Shown here: positions 13,201-27,202 of the stretch, piece by piece | Numbering within the stretch: position 1 is the stretch's first letter | Layout: each line of letters opens with the position of its first letter | Source: Balanoglossus misakiensis | Lineage: Eukaryota; Animalia; Hemichordata | Length of the DNA stretch: 64,000 nt | Assembly: GCA_040954595.2 (NCBI GenBank) | Contig: CM082582.2 | Span: forward strand, 13,180,327 to 13,244,326 | Direction: 5' to 3' | Translations under genes and position numbers: made by a program | The notes under the pieces: model-generated | What the model was told of the DNA's origin: nothing | Database searches by the model: none | What the model saw: the letters and a program-made list of their open reading frames with translations, nothing else

Positions 13201-16200
13201 AATTTAATTTCAATTCTAAAATTGTCAGCTCTAATCAATTTCATTCATGAGTGATCATTTAGGCTATGTTGTAACACAAATATGTGTATGACCTAAATAT
13301 CTTGTGGTCACCCTGATACAGTTCCTCAGTTGTTTCAATTAATTAGAAATGGATATGAGAAAGCATCAGATCAGTAGAAACACACTTGTCTGTATCTCTT
13401 CGCTGTTATGTAATTTTTAAAATAAAAATTTTAAGAATTAGAGGGGACAGTAATTGTATTGTTATTCAGTGGTTTTTGATGTAAAATCTAGATTTTTTGA
13501 TGCCAACATGGACTGTTTTGCTGATGAGTAATGGGGGTGAATTTAGGATATTCTGGCATAGACAGTGAGGTTATCAGAATGCAGAAAGTGTGTGTCCAAT
13601 TAGGTAGCTTTGTTTGGTCTGTGTGTGAGGGCCGGCCAATGAAGGATTCCTTTGATATCAAGCGTTACACTTGGCTGGGCGCTTTTACAAGGCTGTACAT
13701 TTTTATGGTGCACTGCCCGGAAAATGAAAGTGTCCAGTGAGTGAATGAAAAGGAGTCCAGGTTTGCATTCTGCCGCGCGCGGATGAATGACTGTAATGGG
13801 AGATCGATGTAAAGATGTGTGTGTGTTTGTGCAGTGAACAAGTCTTGTGCATCGCAGCTTTCACTGATTTGTGTTTTCAGTTATCGGCTCCTTGTTATAC
13901 GCACAGAACAAGCTGTTAATTCAAGTTGACATGGATTTGATTGATTCATGGTCATTGAGCAAGTGTGAAGTTGAAGTTTTCTGGATGCATATGTGCAGCC
14001 ATTTGCTGCAGTGTCATTCTCAGTGAGTGTGACAACAAAGAGTATATTGATGCTAAATTGGCTGTTTGAGTCCCTCATCCCTCATGAAGAGTGATAGTGA
14101 GCCCTCTGTCAGCAGATCCCGAGAAGAACGGGGTGATACCAGATCACAGTCTAGGATGACTTTCAATCATGTGATGATATTTCTGTCTTTGTGCTCTTTG
14201 AATCCCTCTCCCCAGCCACGAATTTTGAAATTAAGAAGAAAAGGATTCTAGCATGGTGTAATCCATGAATGTAATTCTCTGTTGATTGTGAAATGTCTTG
14301 TCTTGAATGGAATTCTGTGTCCTATCAATACAAGATCGCATTCACTGATTGATTACATAGCGGTGCTGTGCTATGTCATGTATGTCTGCTGAAGATCTTT
14401 CCTCAAATTTCACATGTGTGTGTGCAAGACGAGTGAGGGATCTGGGGGTTTGTCACAAGGATCTCTCTGTCTGTAAATCCTTAATGCAGTTTGTGAGGCC
14501 TGTGTCTCATAGACTGCATTATATGCATGTGATGACCTGGGCTAAATTAAACCTCGTACGTACATACAACAGTCTAATTAATTAACCACGAGGCAGTTAC
14601 TTGGATGTCCCCATTTGTCACTTTCTGACGGGATTTTGTTTTTGGCCTCTGAGAATGTTCAACTGATTTGTGCAATTGTTTTATGTCAGGAACGATACAG
14701 TGAACCACGTTTGAGATGCTGGCAACAAGTGACAAGTGTGTTAGTGTGATTGCTGGCAAACACACTGAAGCATGTCAACTAACAACGTCCACTACTTTTT
14801 ACATGCACATTTGAAGATGACTCATAGGGTAACCTCAACTTGTTGAGAGGTCATCCAGGGGTCACCTTGACAGTTCTTAGGAAATCACTTGCATGAAAAT
14901 CTTCATTACACTGGACTCTAAGCATTTCAGACACGTTCATGATAGCTTTCCATTTTATATGCTAGTGTTTCTGTTCATTATTTTCTATGGTGAAGTTGGA
15001 CCTCCGTACAAATATGGAGTGAGGGTTAATACTGAAGAAAGGTTGTATCAGAAACTGTCAACCGCAAAATGTCTGCATTTAGTTTCACACTTACCCACTA
15101 TTGTAGATTGCTTCAAGGTACGAATTGATCTGATTAGATTACTGTTTGTTTCCAAATTCGCCTCTGGCAAGTGAACTGAAATTAAAAGGAAGCTTTGCAT
15201 TATTAACAAGCTTTCTGTACCAGAAATGTGTCCAGCTACATTAAGATTCTCAATTGCTTCAAAATTAAAGGTCGCTGGAATGAATCATAAAGTACAAAAA
15301 CACCGCTGTTGTCCCCAAGCAACAAATTTCAGAAGTTAATTTTTGTGTGTCGATAAGATGGTGTAAATCCATAATTGGCCTCTGGCCATTTTCTCTCTTA
15401 CATGATTAAAGTTTGTTTTTTTACAGATGTGATACATTGATTGGTTAAAGGTATACAGTCATCTAAATTTTGTACATATGACAGGAATTTTGCTGTTTTC
15501 GTAAATATAATAATAATGCTATGTTATATAAACAAAATAAAGCACAGAGGAATGTTATCAAGGGTAAATTGAAACCTGGATATGACCTGAGGCTGATGAT
15601 CCATTGGACGAAAAAGTGTCCCTAGAATGGGGGCCTCTTGTAGTGATACCTGTCTGTGTATCAGCTGTTCATATCGCTGTGTCCATTACAGATGTGTGGC
15701 CAGAAGACTTTATTCCATTGATGATACACTTTCTCTCCTGGTCATTCAGATTTCTAGTGTTCTTCAAAATGCACAGTTCTTGTAACACTCACTCAAACTT
15801 TCTTGAGCTTCTGTGTTATAAATAACCAATTCAGTTCCATCTTCTCAAAGGCTGTGTGGCCATACTTTCTTTGCTGCGTGCTGCTCACAGCCTGAAAAAA
15901 AGCATATCATCGTTCAGTGCTTGGGAATCAAATTACAGAAAAGAATTGCATCTTGAGGAAAAAAGTCAACTACTGGTCTCTTGTGACTTCTGTTGATATG
16001 CAATGTCATGTATGTATGATCATCAGAGATGATGCCTTGAGGGCATTTTCTCTTCACACAGTCAGTTTCTGTATCTTGCATAAAAGCACACGTCCGTTGC
16101 TTGGTTGTATTACCTGAAAAGTGTCATTGGCACGCTATCATTTATACTTAAAACTTGTATGTTGAAACTGTATCACGAAAACCGACAAGGTTTTTGAATG

Positions 16201-19200
16201 AGAATAGAATGTATATGGTTTTGTCAAATGAGTACTGAACTCATCACACAAATCCATGAGGCACAGATTATACAGCAGTTAGTTTCAGAGAAACAGGGCA
16301 GATCAACCCCAGAAAAGTGCTGCAAGCTATTCATCTTCTATAAATTAACAATTCCATCTGCCTTTTTTGTTTGGGAGCAGTATCGGAGGATTAAGAACTG
16401 TGGTAGCAGAGATCACATACAAATAATGATTTACTGTATGCGGAGTTATATTATCTGACTTCACATTATTGTTGCGATTGAGTGGATGTGTGCCCTTCAG
16501 ACAGAAGATGACATGTAGTGTCACTTGTGGCGTTTGTGGGACATGCCAGCAGGGTCAAAGGTCACCCAGCTCACTTTACTGGTTACTGCCCTCAAAATAG
16601 AAGCTTGTTGCGCGTTGTTTATTGGCACAGCTGAAAACAGTTCTGATGAATGAAATATATGAGGTACAGAAGTATGCACATCTTTTATTTTATCTTTTAT
16701 TCCATTCATAATTCCGAAATGTACATGTTACATAGAAATAAATGGTGTATAACTTTTCCCCTGACCTCTATAATTTGTGAAAAAAGCTTTATACACACGA
16801 TTTGTATCTCCCATTTCACTACAAAACAGCCAAGCCAAAGTTGTTGTTGGAGGAAATAGTCAAGCTCTTAGTCAGAGGGGTTTCACTGAAATTCAAACTA
16901 ATGATTTGAAATGAGTGGGTGTTATATTATGGAGAGGCACGCGGAACCAAATTTGCTGCGTAATGCCGGTAGTTATCAGCTGTAGCCTATCAGGTATCAA
17001 TGGTGGCGTGTCAGTGTGGCCCCTACCATATGACCTTTCACCTCTACTTCTCTCGGGAGAAATCCTTCCCACAAGGCCATGCCCTGTCTATTGCATGTTA
17101 TACCAGTCTCCACATGTGGGGTATTTATAGAGCTCTTTGATGAGCAGTGCATTCGATGATGGCAACGCGAAACGCATGAAGTAAGTATCAAATTAGTCAC
17201 CTCAGCGTTTTTTGTAACTTTATGAAGTTTTTTTATGCGATCTTCTAACATGCGCTGCCTTGATGAAAGTGACTGGTAAGTGGCCTAGGTTTGACTGTTG
17301 CAACGATGGACAGTAAATGTTTATATATTATGTGCATTGCAGCGACTGCAAGCTGGAATGTTGATGGCATCCAGGCCCACACTGATGCAAGTAGCCATGC
17401 CTTGCAGTCATATAGCGTTATGATGCTACTATTTAAAATTCGCTTTGCAAAGTGACTTCTTTCATTCATCATTCATCATGGCTGTTTTGTTTATCAATTC
17501 ATACCAGAGAAGCACGGCGTTCTCTCATATCAGCAACTTCAGCTGTTTCAATTCAATTATTTTTGCTTTTCATTATACCACAACACAAGTACCAGTTGAG
17601 CGGCTGAACCAACCACATTTCTGTTCTGGTGTTCAGGATATTGAGTTTGTTAAACAGAATTTGAACAATTTTGTATAGAAGTGTCATTTTAGAAAGCACT
17701 CCTAACTATAGGCATGCATCCTTTTTGCTCAGATCCACTGCATACACCTTGAAGATGTGCCCCTCCACCCCCCTCCCCTCTGCAGTCTTATTTCATTCGC
17801 TCACGACTCATGATGTCCAGGTCTTCCATATGATAAGCTTCTCATTCAGAATAGAAAGCTTATAGAATGTTTTTTTTCCTTGTGATGGATTGAAAGTGGT
17901 CTGTCAAAAGGTTGCAGAGAGAAGGAATGTGGTCCTAGTTGGACTGACCTTCAAGAGTGATTATACCAAATAAACATCACAGTAGTCTACTTTTCCTCCA
18001 ATATTTGGTGTACAGTGTCATATAATATTGAGCGACAAATACCTTTGGTGATAATAAATTGTGCCCATGCAAGCAAGATTACCCCCAACTTTATGATTGG
18101 GTATTTTTAGCAGTACATTATCATATTGTATATTTGTAACAACTAATAAAAGCTAAATGTTGGTTGTATTTCAATTAAGTCCATTCAACAACAGGCATGT
18201 AGTATTTTGTTCTTTTTATGTTTGTTTTCTGATATTTTGGGGGTGTCACAATGTTGTCATGTAATGTATCGTGAAACAAAACCATTTTTGGTTAGTGTAA
18301 GTAGGAGTTAAGCTGAGGTTAGCTAAATTCAACATAATGTGTTTTCAAATTCAAGCCAACAAAAGCACATGATGTCTGGACAGTGTTAATGATTGATGGT
18401 AAATGCAGCTGTATTTCATTATGATTTGCTGATGATATTTTCAAATAGTCTGGATACAAACCAGGTCTCATGTAACCCCATTACTCAATGTAATCGGTTT
18501 CCTTAGAGAATATTAATCACATTTTTTTTGTCGTCATAATTTTTAAAATACAAATAAACATATGTTTTGCCATCACTGTGTGAGCATTAAGCCATATTAT
18601 TGGAGCTAATTCAGAGGGTGATGTAATCACAAAGTTGATTGACTGTCCACAAAATATGCCTTTGTAAAATGTTAATGAGTTAGGAACAAGAGCCGATTCA
18701 GAAAGAAGACAAGGTTGTCAACAGACTTGTTGTTACACATACATGCAACATTGCGTCACATCCCAGCCATGATAGTACACATCATACCATAGTGTGTGTA
18801 TCTGGGCATGGTGTGTACTGATCCTGTCTGGACAGTATGTGTTGTTAATCAAATTATTGCGTCAAACTGTGCGAGTCATTTGGCATTGTGTTTATACATT
18901 CTGCAAAATATCATAAAGAGCTGACGTTTGTTATGAAAGGATTATCTTCAACAACAGAACTAAACGCAGTGTTTACTGCAATAACTGCGGTGAAGTGAAA
19001 CTGTCACGACTGTTTGTCAGAGCAAATGACCAGTTTGCTTCATGTCTAAAAATATCCATGGAAAGTAATGAAGTTATTGAAGCCAAGATGTCGTTGCGAA
19101 AGTTGGCAGTGCAAGACCTGTTTGTCGAATGAGATGCGGACACGTCGTCGTGTTTAGTGGATGACTCATGGTGCATTCGTGATGGATGTGCAGTGGTCAG

Positions 19201-22200
19201 TTATCAGTGTTGCCAACCATACATCATCACTTGATTTATTCGTCTTGTACAGCATTCAAAACATCGCCCAGATAGTGGTGCTTTTCCGAGGTGGCCAGCT
19301 CCTGCCAGCCCTGCTCTCTTTCAAGGCTGCAAGGACACCAACTCTGACATTTTACGACTAGTATTAGTTGAGGCCAACCTAAGTGAGAAAAGGGAGAGGG
19401 GCCTAATGTTTTCTTAATTGTTTGTTTCTTGGTTACAACTGCATTAATTTTCACGCATTTTCACTTTTTTGCTCACGTTTTAATTTGGAAGGAATTGTTT
19501 TCACCACCTGTCTTCTGGACAGGATGTTAGAGAATTTTGAAATAGATGAGCAGTTCCTAGTTTGCTGTTTTTTACTCGCTGCTGCATCAACATAAGCAAC
19601 GAAAAGATGTGCTCTTTATATCCTATAGTCATGTGAAATTGTTGCTAGATTTATTAAATGGTCCATCCACATTGATTCTGAAAATTGACTCTTTGAACAA
19701 AAGGAAGACACACGATAGAAACTTCATCTGGTGCACTGAAATCATATCTAGCAGTGCCTATTGTACGAAAAGCCAGACTGTATTCTGTCACCAGTTGCTA
19801 ATTTGAAAATGGTGCTCGGTGATTATGAAGACAAGCATGGTATCTTTAGCACAGTATTTTTAGACTTTACCAGCTGTGATTTTCATCCAGTGAAATCAAA
19901 ATGCCGAGTGTACTGTTACTTTGACGTCTTTCCAGGAGACGAAGGCACCTTGATGAAACCATCCATCATAATGAAGCTGAAAGATCACATTTATGATAAA
20001 GCAATTTGGCAGTGTGTACATTCTGAAAGCGTGAAAACCACAAACCATGGCATGAGTCATAGTGAATATAGCCAATTACATCAAACCACAGCTCTATGTA
20101 TAGTAACACAGAGCTAATGAAACAGCTATATATTCTTGTTTGGTTTAATAAACGACCTGTGAACTGTGTCTGAGGAACAGATTGCTGACTCAGAGAAAAT
20201 AACACTGCAGCAGTGAGACTGCTGTCTCAATTTATTTTGAACTGTCTAAACTAAAAGCCCACCACACGTCACGTTGAACTTCTCTACAAATTGTATCTGT
20301 TAATAATTTGGCCACTCTATGAAGTGAACCTAATTATAGGCAGAATAGTTTGCCATACTATGGCCTCTCTGAAAGTGAAACATCCTAGTATTTATATAGC
20401 TGTTGAAACCATTCAAATAATTATACGGTATATTCCATTGACTGGGTGCATTGTGTTATGCATCATCTGACTACTATGTAAAATATGTACACATTGCATG
20501 TCTCGAAACCAGTTTGAAGACTTTTATGGCCTCTGAATTATCTCACTTATAGACCTCAGTCTTATTCCCTGGTTCTTCATGATAGTAAGTATGTGCACTT
20601 TCTATAATAGACTTGCAGTCTTCCTCTTTGATTGTAATTATTAATGTCGCAAATAGGTTTGAAACGTGACTCCTGTCATAGTGTCCATTTGGCAACAAAA
20701 GAAAAACATGGGACAAACAATAGAAGAAACAATGCAGGCAAGAATTTGAACTGGGCACATTGTTGAAGTCCCGCCATCAGCATCACTGGATACTGGGACA
20801 GCCAACCATTCATAGCAGAGACACACTTATATGATTGATATCCACAAAACATCTGAGTAATTTGACCAGCAATGCATGTGAAAACCTGTGTCAGGGCCAT
20901 CAGGAGGCACCAGATGAGTTCAGATGGTGCAGGATCGTGATGTGGACAGGATCAAGGCACCAGACAGTCACCATCACAATCTAGCCACCAATACCTCACA
21001 CCAGACATGACGTCAGTCAACTTGCATTATGTCTTGCATATAGAGAAAATTTCAATGTGCTAGTTTACTTCATTTCTTTTTATTTAAATGTATGATTGTT
21101 TATTCACAAAACTTGTGTGTATGTCAACTATGTCTGAGAATTGGCAGTTGCTTAGCAAATGCTTAGTTCTCATTTATGGTTCATATAATTAAAGCCAGCG
21201 AATGCATAAATATTTTTTTACCATTGAAATCACCATGTTATTCATGATATTAATACCATGACTCATGTAGCATATTGACATTAAGCATAATATTTACTCA
21301 GGTCAAAGGTTAGTCCCAATGCTCATAATAGCCATTGAATGACCATTGCATTGGGCCAGGTTTGACCACTCTAAATTCATGAGTTTCCACCTGCTTTTAT
21401 GGTGTATTTTTGTTTGCTTGTTTCTTTACTAATGTACCGGCTGCTATTTCCAAGAACTCAATATCTGTTTTAGCCCATCATGGTGGCAACATTAAAAATT
21501 TTGCAGGTGTAACTTATTTATCTGAAGTGACAAGTGTATGTTTGTGATCATTATCTTTTACAGTTTACATAATATACATGACATTAATATTCACATTACC
21601 CTGAAGAATAATTTTGCATTCAGGTGACGTCCAGTGTCCCAGCATGTGTTATGATACTACACACCACATCACTTTGCAATTCTTGTACCCCATGTTGTAT
21701 TTCAACTATTGAAAGATGTTTGAGATAAGTGTTGGAGAACACACATGCGACATTCACTTGCACACCATATTTAACTTCCATAGAGAGCAGGCTACTATCT
21801 GGGGCATAGTTACGAGAGCCATTGCTGAGACTTGTGATCAATAGGCAAGGATGAGTCAGACTTCAAATTGCTGTTAAATATAGACTGAGATGAGATTAAG
21901 ATGAGCAGTTTATGGAAACAGCTAGGAATTCATGGTTCAGTAACTGCCAAGCCACCTTTTGTCAGGGAAGTGATTTTCATCGCCAGCCAAGCAAATGTGT
22001 CTACATAGATGACACTCACACCAATGCTGTACTGGTATATTCCCTGGTGTTGTTTCAGTGTGGCCATGATTATTATGCCTGCTATAAATTATGTCTATCA
22101 TGGCAGTCAAAGTAGTAGGGATATTTCATCATTGCTTCAATCAAACTATGCAAATGACAACATTTTCAACTCTTTTAACTTTACTTTACAGGGTCAGATG

Positions 22201-22226
22201 GTCAGTCACTTCTGTGTAGTGAGTCA

Positions 22227-25051
22227 ATGCTGTCATCCACTCCACCATCAGATGAACTGCAGAGGAAATCAGACAGGGATGTGAAAACATGGAAACATAG
22301 TGAGGATTCCCCCAGATATCATTCATCACAGTCGCCAGAGTGCCGTCCAGTGGCATCCACAGACCCAGAAAGGATTAGAGAGTTTCCACTTCTGGCCGAG
22401 AAACAGAGCAACTCTCGGAACACTCCAGTCAGAGAACTGGGCAGGAAGGAGAATGAGACTGCCAGCGGTGTTAGTCACTGTGTCGCCGCCGGTGTCAAAC
22501 AGACAATGACAGATGAAAAGTACAGTACTGTGCCAACAGGTACCACAACTGCTGAAAACTTGACTTGGCTGGCGGATGCTTCTGGCGCTCCGGGCCAATC
22601 AGAACACAGGCCTCTAGTTGGCATGCAAAGTGGAACAACATTGACACAGCAAACCGCTTCAGGGACTTTCTTCCGCCCACCGCTCACGGAATTCACCGCT
22701 GCTCAGAGACACTTTACACCAAGTCAGTTTTCAACTGTTTACTCGACATCATCGCTTGGGCAGGTTCCATTCCCACCATTGCAATATTCATCTCATATAC
22801 CTCCAGTAACTTTACATTCTTCTACATTGCCAACCTATTCACCTTACATAGGATCTCCATACCCAGCTGCATACGTACAACCTGGTTTTGCACATGCAAT
22901 CGCAAGTGGACAGTATCCTCAGATCGAGTCTTACTCAGCCATGCTGGCCAGCATGGGAAGTCATGTTCAACAATCTCATGGCCAAGGTCAGGTGCACAGG
23001 TCGTCATTTATTCCAGCACATCTAGCAGCCCAGATTTCCAGCCACTACTTGACATCTGTGGGTTCACCACTTGGCATAGAGAATCCGGACAAAGCAACTC
23101 CACCTGGAGCTGTTGCATACACTGCAGTTCAAGCTATACCCCATGGACAACATGTTCTAGCAACGCAAACTGCAAGTGTAAGTCCACAAAGACGAAGTCC
23201 AACACCACCACAAGGACATGCTTCCAGGATAGAGATTAAAAGAGAACGATCTGACAGCAGGCAGGCACTATCTGAAGAAAATCATCCTTCAATTCATTGT
23301 AAATCAGAAGGCAGTGTTTATGCGGCAGTTAACAGATCTCCAAGGCAGTCTCCTCAGACTGTGAACCTGGGTAGAGTTTCAAGAGTGAGAGAAAGAGATA
23401 TGTCATCTTCACCCAAACCAGCAACTGTTTCGCACTCAGAAGAGAGAAGTCTACGACCCAATAGGCCTCCAAACATCAACATAAATCCAAACAAGTACGA
23501 AATGCAGAACCAGAGTCATCCAAGACCATCTGATGTACACCCAATGTCACCGCAAGGAACACCAACAGGACCACATACACCCAGTTGGTCAACAGCTGTC
23601 AACCCAATGCCACCACCACCCATTCAACCCGCCCAGCCCTCCCCTCACTCTCCCCACCCCACCCAGACACCCCCGCACACCCCAAACACACCCATGAATT
23701 CAACACCTGCCAGCAGCACACAGTACCAGCTATCTCCACCAGCATTCTCAAGCCAACCTCCCCATCCTCACTTCCCTCCACACTTCATGAAAGGCTCCAT
23801 CATCCAGCTCGCAAACGGAGAGCTGAAAAAAGTGGAGGATCTGAGAACAGAGGATTTTGTGCAGAGTGCGGCTGTCAGTGAGGATCTGAAAATTGATTCC
23901 AGTACTGTTGTCAGAATCGATGAGGACCACCAGGCTGGATTGGCAATACTTGGCTTCTCTGTGGGAGAACATCGTATTCAGGTTAGGAAAATGTAAAATT
24001 CCGAACACTTAAACCACACAGGCATTCCACTAACATTATTTTCGTTTCAGACATTGTTGTGTTAATATTTCAAATTGTAAATCTATGACAGTACAAACAA
24101 GATAACAAGAAACGATAAAAATGTTCAATGATTTGTTCAGTTAGAGAATATTGCTATCACATGACTGCATAAATTGTACGACATGCTGTGTTGCAGTTAC
24201 ATTTGTTGAATGTTTGTGGCTCAAAAGGTCAAGGATTTCATGCAGATCTGTATAAGCCTGTGCGGTAATGGCATGCTCTGAATTGTACTGGGCTGACACA
24301 CTTTAGCTGTCTTGTGCAGAATATTAAACACCAGATCTGTTCTGTGGGCCATTGAATGGGAATTACAAAAAGTGATTATTTCTCATTTTGTGTGTGTGTG
24401 ATTCCCTTGCAGGTTACAGTGGAATCAACTGTGGAGCACCCGTTCTTTGTTTTTGGACAGGGATGGTCATCAGTGAGACCAGACAGAACCTTACAGCGAT
24501 ATGGACTCTCCTGTCATCAATTGTCGGTAGGAGATGTCTGCATTTCATTAACGCTTAAGGACAAAAATGGACGACTACATCAGAAGGAAGTGAAACCTGA
24601 CATTGTCCAAAGTGAGATGGCCGAGGAGATTGAGGAGCCGGAATTCAAGAGACCCAAGTTGGAACCACCGTTTCTACCTCATGATAGCTTTGCTTCTTCA
24701 AAGACAGGACAGCGTAGAAGTGGTGTTGATGTCGTGACGCAACAAACAATCGGACTCTGTTCCCGTGGAAGCGCTTTGCAAGAAAATGAAAAGCACCACG
24801 AGTACGAAGCACAGAGAGGAACATTTCAGGAAAACACAAACGGGAATCGTGACGACAACGACAATGCGGGTAAAGAATCAGTGTTACATTCACAAAAGAA
24901 ACCTTCCCGTTTGCGGAAGAGGAGGTGGTCTGATCCCATTCAGTTGGTGGAAAAAGAAAAAGAGGCAGACCATCTCCCAGTGCCCTTGCCGTTGGAATCT
25001 CTAGCTAAGCTCTCTCAAAGACCCACACTTCATGGTATCTCAGGGAAATAG
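22227..25051 (+). CDS. ATXN1: Ataxin-1 family protein with AXH domain, about 797 aa, two coding exons
   Basis: Exon 22227-23981 (acceptor ...ttacag at 22191) and exon 24413-25051. AXH domain FPPHFMKGSIIQLANGELKKVEDLRTEDF...DLKIDSSTV...HRIQ|VTVESTVEHPFFVFGQGWSS...VGDVCISLT; C-terminal RKRRWSDP corresponds to the human RKRRWS(776)AP NLS/14-3-3 motif; QIESYSAMLASMGS block is also conserved. Confidence 0.95.
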
Positions 25052-25452
25052 CCAATACAAGTCCATGCCCACCACATATGAATGCAAGGTTGATATGCGA
25101 ATGCCGGGGTCCACATGCTGAATCCGGAGCCAAAAGCTGATGCCGGAACAATAGTCAATCTGTCCAATATTTGCTTAAATCGGGGGCAGTACATAGCCAA
25201 CAGAATCTTTCTCTTTTACGTGCTTGTACCAGGGCAATAGTTAAAAAACTAATGTCCATCATACTGTATGCTTATGTCAGGGCAATAGTCAAAGGTATTG
25301 TTGCCTTTCATATCTTAACACTAGGGAAATAGCCAATGGCATCATTGTCTGTCACATATGGTACTTCCATAATTCCATAATTCCAGACCAGCAGCCAATG
25401 GTGGCATTGCTTTTTCGTATGCTAATGCAGGGCAATAGCCAATGGCATCCTT
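25041..25452 (+). repeat. Degenerate ~44-48 nt repeat, about 8 copies, at the start of the ataxin-1 3' UTR
   Basis: Core CAGGG(C/A)AATAG(C/T)CAA at about 25041, 25143, 25181, 25230, 25278, 25322, 25384, 25428. Confidence 0.7.
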
Positions 25453-27202
25453 GCTAGAATTGTGATGTATCAGAACATTAATGGGAATTCTTTTTTTTAA
25501 TACTCATTTGAGTTGAGAAATTTCAAAGTATTAATGCAGCTGATGTCTTAATGCTGCAGTTCATACACACACTGCCCAAATTGCCAAGTCATTTCCTCTT
25601 GTTTTCCTCCAGTCATTTGCAAAGCAGGAAATGAAAACCTACAGATATTTTTGATTTGCCTTAAATTTAGGATACTGACAAAGAATCAACAAACATATGG
25701 CTAAGTATTATGTCAACATTACAAATCATGTGTGTAAATAAGAGGTAAATCTGTCACCCTAAATTCAAACTTGGCACATTTCTCCCACTCAAATTCAATT
25801 TTATTCCAAGATTGACAATCAACCAATTATACAAAAAGTGTTGGAAAATTCCCATCAATGTTCAGGATACTTTACAAGAAAAATAACCATATATGGAACA
25901 TTTACATTTAGTAGTATGGGAATATGCATCATGTTTTTGTTTGTTCTTCGTAAAGTACAATACTGTGTATAAAAAGTTTGATATTGCAGAAATAATGTAT
26001 AGCTAACAATACTTAGAATTTGCATGGAGCCTGTTATCTTCAGTTGCTACGAAACTTACAAAATTTTCCAAGAAAATATGGGCAACAAATGGCAATGGTC
26101 TCTATCTTATTTTTTCTTGATTTGGTTCACATTTACAGATTTACATGGAGTTTGGTGTTGACAATTTATGACGTTACGTCGTTTACCATGTTTACAAAAG
26201 ATAGTGTACCGTTAGAAATCTTTTTCTGTGGTGGTTTCTATGCTCTGCCACAACCATTACCCAAGTGTGTGAGTTCTTATCTGAATTCTAGAGAAACATG
26301 AAAATTTACACAAATAGTTCTTCACATGAAGTTTTAACTTAAAATTTATAAATTATAGTGTAATTAAGTTTTCAGTTTGTTGAATTTCATTCCTACATTT
26401 CTAATTAATTATACAGTCACGTGTAAATGTCTTTACCTATAAACCTTTTTACTCAAGATAGTGTTTTGTTAGTTTTAATAACATCAAGACAGTAACTGTA
26501 TTAGATTTAAAAATCTGCCTAATGTTTGTACGATTCTGTTGTCGACAAAGTACCCAAACAGGGGATTCTGTTGTCAAAATTGTTGGTTAAAACCTTCTTT
26601 TTAATTTTTGGTGCTGCATGCCAATTCTGTGACCTTTGAACTTTTCAACACATAACTGCTTTTATTTTCCTTCAATAACCTTTACATTTACACCAGGTTT
26701 GGAGTCCTTGTTTTATTTTTAAAATCTCCAAGACTAAAAAAAATATGTAATTTATGTATTATGTCTGATATTTGCAAGAGTAATTACAAAGATTAATAAG
26801 ATTTTTTATGATCGATGGAAACTTATTTCATCATGGCGAAATTCTTAAACTACTAGTAATTTTATCAGCTCGAAGTCATAACGGCATGATAAATTGTAAA
26901 AAAGAAAAGAAAAAATGAATTGCCTTGTGGTTAGTACACACCTTGATTGTTTATAAATTCAAAATAGATACAAGTTTATTAGTTGCAACCCACTGGAGTA
27001 CACCCGCTTTTTAAAAAGAAACATTTCATTATTTCCCCTCATTTCACCTTTCTGGGTGTTTCTTTCTTCTGTAGTTGCTTTGGTGTAAAAAAATGATAGG
27101 AGACAGTGTGATATTGTTTTTTCATTTACAAACTTTGCATTGTGGCTCATTGTTATATGACTTCAAGAGGTTTACAAATGAAATGTATATTGCCTGTGAA
27201 TC

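Noticed and set aside
9100-22000. Numerous 60-118 aa ORFs upstream of ataxin-1
   Set aside because: No recognisable domains or consistent exon chain; lengths are as expected by chance.
22565-23239. 224-codon out-of-frame ORF inside ataxin-1, reminiscent of human Alt-ATXN1
   Set aside because: It starts at TTG and has no ATG; the overlapped main frame is poor in Lys/Glu/Asp/Asn codons, which by itself removes stops from this frame.
25049-25081. Stop-codon readthrough of ataxin-1
   Set aside because: Context TAG CCA ATA is not a recognised leaky motif and a TGA follows ten codons later.
25041-25452. CRISPR-like look of repeated cores with variable spacers
   Set aside because: Eukaryotic 3' UTR, degenerate cores, spacers related to one another, no cas genes.
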